Shown here one piece after another: positions 1 to 5,337 of a stretch of DNA of 25,300 nt. The DNA is taken from NCBI GenBank assembly GCA_050292255.1, contig JBNKLH010000001.1, positions 1-25,300 on the forward strand, written 5' to 3'. How positions within the stretch are numbered: the first letter of the stretch is position 1; the number at the start of each line of letters is the position of its first letter. Both the position numbers and the translations under genes were made by a program. This DNA comes from Candidatus Altimarinota bacterium. GTDB lineage: Bacteria; Patescibacteriota; Gracilibacteria; UBA4473. Below the pieces are notes generated by a model. The model was not told the origin of the DNA. It saw only the letters and a list, made by a program, of their open reading frames with translations, and made no database searches.

Positions 1-33
1 GAGAGCACCGGCACCGATTGTTTCTAAAACCAT
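1..33 (-). CDS. 5' end of an unidentified CDS running off the left edge (MVLETIGAGAL...)
   Basis: ATG at 31-33 on the minus strand, open to the window edge. A TTGACA box lies at 79-84 (minus). Only 11 codons are visible. Confidence 0.3.
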   Translation of the reverse strand, partial: MVLETIGAGAL

Positions 34-109
34 AGAATGAAGTTTAGTTTGGTATATTTATAGAAGAAAAGTTTTTTTTGTCAAAACTGATTTTTGTTTG
101 AAGAAAATC

Positions 110-139
110 AAAAAACACCACCTCGTACGGAGATGGTGC
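110..139 (-). terminator. Rho-independent terminator downstream of V-ATPase B
   Basis: Minus strand GCACCATCTC-cgtac-GAGGTGGTGT (10 bp, 2 G-U pairs) followed by a T tract, 26 nt after the stop codon. Confidence 0.8.
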
Positions 140-165
140 TTTTATTTCATTCCAAGTGTTGAAAA

Positions 166-1545
166 CTATTTGTTTTTCAAGTCTGGGTGGTATTTGTCCA
201 AAGTTTTTTGGTTAATACGTTTGAGCTCTGTGATTGGGAATGGTCGGAGCAATTCCCATCCGAGTTCGAGAGACTCGAGGATAGTTCGTTCTTTATCAAA
301 TCCTTGTCCGAGGAATTCTTTTTCGTATTTGTCCGCAAATTCGAGGTAGACTTTATCGATGTCAGAAAGAGAACTTTCTCCCAACACCACTGCCAACTCA
401 CGAACATCTTTCCCACGTGCGTAACACGCAAAGAGTTGATCTTTCAATTTTGAGTGGTCTTCTCGTGTTTTTCCTTCTCCCATTCCGGCACCAGCCAATC
501 GTGAAAGAGATTTCAATACGTCCACTGGAGGAGATACTTTCTTTTGGTGGAGACCTCGGTCAAGCACGAATTGCCCCTCAGTAATATATCCAGTAAGGTC
601 TGGAATTGGGTGAGTAATATCGTCTTCTGGCATTGAAAGAATCGGGATTTGAGTCACAGACCCTTTTGCCGTTCGGATTCGTCCCGCTCGTTCGTAGATC
701 GTAGAAAGGTCGGTATAGAGGTACCCTGGGTATCCTCGTCGTCCTGGAACCTCTTTACGAGCCGCAGACACTTCTCGCAACGCCTCAGCGTAGTTGGTCA
801 TGTCTGTCAAAATCACGAGCACGTGCATGTCTTTTTCGAAAGCCAAGTATTCAGCCAAAGTCAAAGCCATTCGTGGCACCGCAATACGTTCAACCACAGG
901 ATCGGCCGCAGTGTTCAAGAACAAACAAGCGTTTTCAATCGCTCCTGTTCGTTCGAATTCTCGTTGGAAGAACATCGCTTCCTCAAAGGTCACTCCCATC
1001 GCTCCGAAAACCACCGCGAAGTCTGATCCGTCGTTCACTTTCGCTTGACGCGCGATTTGTGTCGCGAGTTCGGCGTGTGGAAGTCCTGATCCAGAGAACA
1101 CTGGCAATTTTTGTCCTCGCACGAGCGTGTTCATCACATCGAGTGAAGAAACTCCTGTTTGGATGAAGTCGGAAGGGAATGTTCGTGAAGCTGGGTTGAT
1201 AGCGGCTCCAGAAATGTCCAACACTTTTTCAGGAAGGATTTCTGCTCCACCATCGATTGGGTTTCCGGCTCCGTTGAAGATTCGTCCGAGCATGTCAGGT
1301 GACACTCCTAGTTGGAGCACTTTCCCGAGGAATTTTGCTTTCAACCCGTCTGTTGAAAGTCCTTGTGTTGATTCGAACATTTGAACCAACGCTCGATCTT
1401 TGTGGGCTTCGAGCACTTTACCCATTTTGGTATCACCGTTGGGAAGGGTTACTTCTACCAACTCTTCGTATTTAGCTCCTTCTACGCCGTCCACAACCAA
1501 AATAGGACCGGCAATCGAGCTGACGGAATCGTACGTTTTTTGCAT
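166..1545 (-). CDS. ntpB: V/A-type ATP synthase subunit B
   Basis: Motifs [46 protein letters not shown] and [18 protein letters not shown]. No Walker A GKT, as expected for the non-catalytic B subunit. Confidence 0.97.
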   Translation of the reverse strand: MQKTYDSVSSIAGPILVVDGVEGAKYEELVEVTLPNGDTKMGKVLEAHKDRALVQMFESTQGLSTDGLKAKFLGKVLQLGVSPDMLGRIFNGAGNPIDGGAEILPEKVLDISGAAINPASRTFPSDFIQTGVSSLDVMNTLVRGQKLPVFSGSGLPHAELATQIARQAKVNDGSDFAVVFGAMGVTFEEAMFFQREFERTGAIENACLFLNTAADPVVERIAVPRMALTLAEYLAFEKDMHVLVILTDMTNYAEALREVSAARKEVPGRRGYPGYLYTDLSTIYERAGRIRTAKGSVTQIPILSMPEDDITHPIPDLTGYITEGQFVLDRGLHQKKVSPPVDVLKSLSRLAGAGMGEGKTREDHSKLKDQLFACYARGKDVRELAVVLGESSLSDIDKVYLEFADKYEKEFLGQGFDKERTILESLELGWELLRPFPITELKRINQKTLDKYHPDLKNK

Positions 1546-1587
1546 TTTGAAAAATGATTAATACAGAAAAAAACTGAGTTCGCGCGG

Positions 1588-1615
1588 ATTTTAAAAAGAA
1601 TAAGATCGTTGTCAA
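1588..1615 (-). promoter_or_regulatory. sigma70-type promoter for V-ATPase B
   Basis: TTGACA (1615-1610), 16 nt spacer, TAAAAT (1593-1588). Confidence 0.6.
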
Positions 1616-1705
1616 AACATTTGTTTTATTTTTTTACAGAATCCGGTGAATGGAAACGACTTCATGACTAATGAATAATTCATGATAGGTCGCAATGAAA
1701 AAATA

Positions 1706-1734
1706 TTGACAGTATTTCAGTGGAATATCAGAAT
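1706..1734 (+). promoter_or_regulatory. putative sigma70 promoter for ssb
   Basis: TTGACA (1706-1711), 17 nt spacer, CAGAAT (1729-1734). Confidence 0.45.
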
Positions 1735-1779
1735 TGAGACTGCGTTTTAATCTTTTACTATTTTTAACCACACCAAAAG

Positions 1780-2202
1780 ATGAATTTTTTGAATCAAGCG
1801 CAGATTATTGGGAACATTACTCGAGATCCAGACATTCGACAAACAAAGACTGGGCAACCTGTGTGCACATTAGGTGTTGCAACGAACCGACGATGGCGAG
1901 ACTCAGGAGGACAAGTGAAAGAAGAAGCTGAATTTCATAATGTTGTGTGTTGGGGAAAATTGGCAGAACTTGCGGGGCGATTGCTTCAACGAGGGACCAA
2001 GGTGTTCTTCCAAGGACGATTGCAAACTCGAAGTTGGGATGATGAATCAGGAGCAAAACACTTTCGAACAGAGATCGTGGCTCAAGATATGATCGTTCTT
2101 TCAAAAGGAAAAGCCTATGGAGATGATGATGATGTTATGGATGGAGGTGATGAATTTGATAGTGTCTATCCAGAACCATCTCCAGAAGAACTCGATTTCT
2201 AA
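1780..2202 (+). CDS. ssb: single-stranded DNA-binding protein
   Basis: IIGNITRDPDIRQT...VATNRRW...EFHNVVCWGKLAE...GRLQTRSWDD OB-fold pattern with an acidic C-terminal tail ending in F. Confidence 0.96.
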   Translation: MNFLNQAQIIGNITRDPDIRQTKTGQPVCTLGVATNRRWRDSGGQVKEEAEFHNVVCWGKLAELAGRLLQRGTKVFFQGRLQTRSWDDESGAKHFRTEIVAQDMIVLSKGKAYGDDDDVMDGGDEFDSVYPEPSPEELDF

Positions 2203-2275
2203 TTCGAGAAAAATAATCAGATTTTTTAAAAGCCATGAACCAAAAGGGGAGTGGCTTTTTTCTTGATCGTTTTCT

Positions 2276-2442
2276 GTACTTTTTTGCCCGCCAAAAAAGT
2301 ACCAAAAAAGCTCGTTGAGGTATTTTCACTCAGAAACGAAAACTTCTTAAAGTCTAAAATTTACAAATCTCACTTTTAAAAGACGTCTTCCTTTCGTGCA
2401 AATTTTTACGACTTCTGCAAAGATTCGTTTTAGCTTCGTTTC
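2276..2442. repeat. intergenic palindromic (REP/MITE-like) element between ssb and ndk
   Basis: Perfect stem GTACTTTTTT-gcccgcc-AAAAAAGTAC (2276-2302), then a nested imperfect palindrome with GAAACGAA (2333-2340)/TTCGTTTC (2435-2442), AAGTC/GACTT and AAAATTT/AAATTTT arms. Confidence 0.5.
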
Positions 2443-2469
2443 AATAATGCAACTATTTTCTTGTTTTGC

Positions 2470-2497
2470 TTGAACAAAAACAGATTCTCCTTACTCT
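2470..2497 (+). promoter_or_regulatory. putative sigma70 promoter for ndk
   Basis: TTGAAC (2470-2475), 16 nt spacer, TACTCT (2492-2497). Confidence 0.4.
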
Positions 2498-2535
2498 TAT
2501 TATCGAACTTTTATTAACTTTTAAGCTTACAGAAA

Positions 2536-3009
2536 ATGGAACGAACGCTTGTGATTTTGAAACCGGATTGTTTGCAGCGAGGACTGGTGGGGGAGGCGAT
2601 TCAGCGATTTGAGAGACGTGGTCTCAAGATCGTGGCGATGAAATTAGAAAAACTCACCGATGCTATTTTGGAAGAACACTATGCCCATGTGGCTCATTTG
2701 CCATTTTTCCCAGAGATGCGAGCGTATATGCAATCATCACCTGTTTTGGTGATGGTCTTAGAAGGGCCGAATGCGGTAGAATGTGTGCGGCAGACAGCGG
2801 GGATAGAGGCGACAGATTTGGGGTCTTTCCGTGGTGATTATTCAGGGTTTGTGACGAAAGGATGTCTCAAGAAAAATCTCATCCATACATCTGACTCCGT
2901 AGAGAATGCAAAAGTTGAGATTGCTCGATTTCTAAAACCAGAGGACATCATGGAATGGAAATCAGTCCTCTTGCCAGAAATGTTTTCTCCAAAGGAATGG
3001 GAGAAATAA
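2536..3009 (+). CDS. ndk: nucleoside diphosphate kinase
   Basis: MERTLVILKPDCLQRGLVGE N-terminus and catalytic NLIHTSDS motif. Confidence 0.95.
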   Translation: MERTLVILKPDCLQRGLVGEAIQRFERRGLKIVAMKLEKLTDAILEEHYAHVAHLPFFPEMRAYMQSSPVLVMVLEGPNAVECVRQTAGIEATDLGSFRGDYSGFVTKGCLKKNLIHTSDSVENAKVEIARFLKPEDIMEWKSVLLPEMFSPKEWEK

Positions 3010-3040
3010 AAATGTCTTTAATTTTCTAAACTATTTGGTC

Positions 3041-3292
3041 ATGGTAAATGAAGTATTGGGAGGGGATGATCTATTGGATTTCCTTGGTGATTCAAAGAAA
3101 AACAAAGAAAAAGAAGTGACTCCTCAGCAGCTTGCGGATTTGGTGAATCAGATGGAAAACGGGGAAGAAGGGGCCTTTTCTTTAAACATAGGGGGCGTGG
3201 TGAGAAAGGTTATTTGCACAAAGGATGAGAAGGGAGAATTTGATATGAAAGAAGCGCCCGGAAGAGATATGGGTGTTATTGGAAACTCATAA
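3041..3292 (+). CDS. hypothetical 83 aa protein, possibly a distant member of the small-protein array family
   Basis: Open ATG-TAA frame filling the gap after ndk. GGVVRKVICTKDEKGEFDMKE resembles GGDFRGYVKKDAQGRLVIVE of 4996..5235, but the C-terminal FN helix is absent. Confidence 0.6.
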   Translation: MVNEVLGGDDLLDFLGDSKKNKEKEVTPQQLADLVNQMENGEEGAFSLNIGGVVRKVICTKDEKGEFDMKEAPGRDMGVIGNS

Positions 3293-3369
3293 GTTCTTGA
3301 CTTTTTCGTAGAAATTAGTATTTATATCTCGTGAGATTTTTGTCTTTTGAGGAAGAATGAAAATTTCTC

Positions 3370-3456
3370 GTTGATCTTTTACAGCACTTATTTTGATTCT
3401 TGGTATCATTTTTCTCATGGACATGTGGGAAGGAGGATGCCAAGAGATCTTGGTAT
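3370..3456 (+). repeat. 87 bp structured leader, copy 1 (upstream of array unit 1)
   Basis: 81/87 identical to 3866..3952. Contains CTTGGTATC...GATGCCAAG...CTTGGTATC alternative pairing arms and GGAAGGAGG. Confidence 0.9.
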
Positions 3457-3492
3457 CTAAATGAAATTGTTAACTCTTTAAATATAATTTTT

Positions 3493-3735
3493 ATGGTAAT
3501 TAAAACATGGTCTTCCTCAGGGAAATTAGAAGCAACTACGTTGAATGAAATCAAAGAAGATTTACAGAAAAATCCTCAGAATTGGAAATTGGTTCAAGCG
3601 GAATCAGGATCCATTTTATTTAACGGTTATCTCGATGTTAATGGAGAAGGAAAACTTATTGTAGTCCAAGACTTAGATTCGTTGGAGAACGGAGAGGAAT
3701 GGATGAAGGAAGAGTTGGAAAAGTTTAATAAATAA
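3493..3735 (+). CDS. small hypothetical protein, array paralogue 1 (80 aa)
   Basis: ATG 3493 gives the same length as the paralogues. Family motifs TTLNEIKE, WKLVQAESG, FNGYL and EELEKFNK. Confidence 0.85.
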   Translation: MVIKTWSSSGKLEATTLNEIKEDLQKNPQNWKLVQAESGSILFNGYLDVNGEGKLIVVQDLDSLENGEEWMKEELEKFNK

Positions 3736-3757
3736 AGAATAAGTGTTTAAAAGAATA

Positions 3758-3790
3758 GGGTGTCTTCTAAGTAAGGCATCCTTCCTTTTG
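3758..3790 (+). terminator. terminator closing array unit 1
   Basis: GGGTGTCTT-ctaagt-AAGGCATCC followed by TTCCTTTT. 3761-3784 matches 5257-5280 at 23/24 nt. Confidence 0.7.
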
Positions 3791-3865
3791 TTATTTGACT
3801 TTTTTGTGTTTATGTTTATTTGTGTGTTGTGGGATTGCTGTCCATTTTGTGAACAGTTGTTTCCG

Positions 3866-3952
3866 GTTGATCTTTTACAGCACTTATTTTGATTCTTGGT
3901 ATCGTTTTTCTCATGAATATGTGGGAAGGAGGATGCCAAGGATTCTTGGTAT
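3866..3952 (+). repeat. 87 bp structured leader, copy 2 (upstream of array unit 2)
   Basis: Direct repeat of 3370..3456 at an offset of 496 bp, with 6 differences. Confidence 0.9.
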
Positions 3953-3982
3953 GAAATTGAGTATAAACCAAAAAATAATGAT

Positions 3983-4222
3983 ATGAAATTAGAACAAGAA
4001 GGTGGTGGTCCAATACACTTTTCGGAAGTATTGGGACTGGCTCTTGATGGAAACCTGGTGAGCGTGAATGCTGACTTTGGAAATGGGAATAAAATCTCGT
4101 GTTGTCTGAAAGTGGATGCAATAGATTGTTTGATTATTTATGAGAGGCAGAAGGTTGTTTCTCAGGGAAATGCTCAGTATTTATTGCAAAGAGCATTAGA
4201 TAATTTTAATAACGGTTTTTAG
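3983..4222 (+). CDS. small hypothetical protein, array paralogue 2 (79 aa)
   Basis: VSVNADFG and QGNAQYLLQRALDNFNNGF match the family pattern. Confidence 0.82.
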   Translation: MKLEQEGGGPIHFSEVLGLALDGNLVSVNADFGNGNKISCCLKVDAIDCLIIYERQKVVSQGNAQYLLQRALDNFNNGF

Positions 4223-4239
4223 TTAGAAAGGAGGAATGT

Positions 4240-4470
4240 ATGAATTTATCACTAGAAAAGGGATCTCAAACTACATTACAGGCTATAAAAGATCTGTTGG
4301 ATGGAGATTGGCATCAAGTACAGGTAGTTGCTGATTTTCTAAAACCAAAAGTCTCTCTTGTTGCACACTTACAATTTGATGAAAAGAAAAAAATTATTCA
4401 TTCGGTTGTAATGGCAGATGATGGAGCTTCCGCTCTTTTGAAAAAAGAATTAGAAAAATTTAACGGTTAA
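4240..4470 (+). CDS. small hypothetical protein, array paralogue 3 (76 aa)
   Basis: SD AAGGAGG at 4228-4234. Motifs TTLQAIKD, WHQVQVVADF and KELEKFNG. Confidence 0.88.
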   Translation: MNLSLEKGSQTTLQAIKDLLDGDWHQVQVVADFLKPKVSLVAHLQFDEKKKIIHSVVMADDGASALLKKELEKFNG

Positions 4471-4484
4471 AAAAAAGGAGGATT

Positions 4485-4721
4485 ATGAACTTATTTAAAA
4501 ATGAGAAAGAGCAGTTCGTGCCAACTACTTTGCAGGAGGTCAAAGATGCTTCCGGATCATCCAGTTTTTGGGTGCCGGTAAAAGCTGAGTTCGGGGATGA
4601 TGAAGTTTTCGAAGGTTCGCTAAAACAGGACTGGAATAAACTTCAGATTATCGATACTACATCTGATACAGGTGGTGCGAAGCAGAAGCTTCAGCAAGAA
4701 ATTGATAACTTTAATGCTTAA
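4485..4721 (+). CDS. small hypothetical protein, array paralogue 4 (78 aa)
   Basis: SD AAGGAGG at 4475-4481. Motifs TTLQEVKD, WVPVKAEFG, FEGSL and QEIDNFNA. Confidence 0.88.
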   Translation: MNLFKNEKEQFVPTTLQEVKDASGSSSFWVPVKAEFGDDEVFEGSLKQDWNKLQIIDTTSDTGGAKQKLQQEIDNFNA

Positions 4722-4735
4722 GAAGGGAGGTTTGT

Positions 4736-4978
4736 ATGAATCTTGTTGTCTTTACTGAAACGGGTGGACATGAAGAGTCCTCCCTTCAAGAAATTTTTAC
4801 ATCTTTGGAGGGAAAGACTGATTCGATTCAAGTTTTAGCCCAGAATACAAAGGAATCAGGAAATGTTTTCCACGGCTATGTTTCTCGAAATGGAAATAAA
4901 CTTGAAGCCAGTGATTTGGATTCTCTTGGTGAAGGATTTGAATGGTTTGAAAATGAATTAAAAGGTTTTAATCAATAA
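4736..4978 (+). CDS. small hypothetical protein, array paralogue 5 (80 aa)
   Basis: SD GGGAGGT at 4725-4731. Motifs SSLQEIF, FHGYV, DLDSLGEG and NELKGFNQ. Confidence 0.88.
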   Translation: MNLVVFTETGGHEESSLQEIFTSLEGKTDSIQVLAQNTKESGNVFHGYVSRNGNKLEASDLDSLGEGFEWFENELKGFNQ

Positions 4979-4995
4979 TTGAAAAGGAGGTTGGA

Positions 4996-5235
4996 ATGCA
5001 AATAATAGTATGGAAAAACGGACGTCCTCAGGATTCCTCATTAGCGGACATTGCTGATTCTTTATCGAATAAAGATTGGAAAGAGGTAATGGTTAAAGAA
5101 GAAGGTGGGGATTTTCGTGGGTATGTTAAAAAAGATGCTCAAGGGAGATTAGTCATTGTTGAGGGGAACGATATTTCTTCAACAGGAACGGCGAAAGCAA
5201 GTTTCCAAAACAAGTTAAAGGAATTTAACAATTAA
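4996..5235 (+). CDS. small hypothetical protein, array paralogue 6 (79 aa)
   Basis: SD AAGGAGGT at 4984-4991. Motifs SSLADIAD, WKEVMVKEEG, FRGYV and KLKEFNN. Confidence 0.88.
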   Translation: MQIIVWKNGRPQDSSLADIADSLSNKDWKEVMVKEEGGDFRGYVKKDAQGRLVIVEGNDISSTGTAKASFQNKLKEFNN

Positions 5236-5251
5236 GTGCATGTAAAAAGGT

Positions 5252-5287
5252 AAGGATGTCTTCTTAGTAAGGCATCCTTCTTTTTTT
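5252..5287 (+). terminator. terminator closing array unit 2
   Basis: AAGGATGTCTT-cttagt-AAGGCATCCTT followed by CTTTTTTT. Confidence 0.85.
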
Positions 5288-5337
5288 ATACAAAAAACTT
5301 GAAACTGAACACATTTCTGGTACATTCGGAGGTGAAT

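Noticed and set aside
3357-3473. Hydrophobic frame MKISR*SFTALILILGIIFLMDMWEGGCQEILVSK*NC, which would be a type I toxin-like peptide if TGA were read as sense; a similar frame runs through copy 2
   Set aside because: It needs TGA read-through that no other gene in the window shows. All differences between the two copies change amino acids yet spare the RNA stems, which favours structural over coding constraint. T-rich DNA also gives hydrophobic frames by chance.
3400-3492. N-terminal extension of array gene 1 given by the ORF track (TTG start at 3400)
   Set aside because: It runs through the non-coding leader repeat; ATG 3493 gives the 80 aa length that matches the paralogues.
3391-3952. 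GAT(T)CTTGGTAT repeated four times, resembling a mini CRISPR array
   Set aside because: The repeats are only 11-13 bp, the intervening sequences are the same in both copies rather than unique spacers, and no cas genes are present. They are the arms of the leader hairpins.
3315-4121. Minus-strand ORFs 3315..3554, 3673..3939 and 3816..4121 sharing SSFPH.HEKNDTKNQNKCCKRST
   Set aside because: The shared peptide is just the antisense translation of the 87 bp repeat, and the ORFs overlap better-supported plus-strand genes.
3493-5235. Integron cassette array or prophage interpretation of the small genes
   Set aside because: Gaps between genes in unit 2 are 14-17 nt and hold only an SD, leaving no room for attC sites. 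No integrase or phage hallmark gene is in the window.
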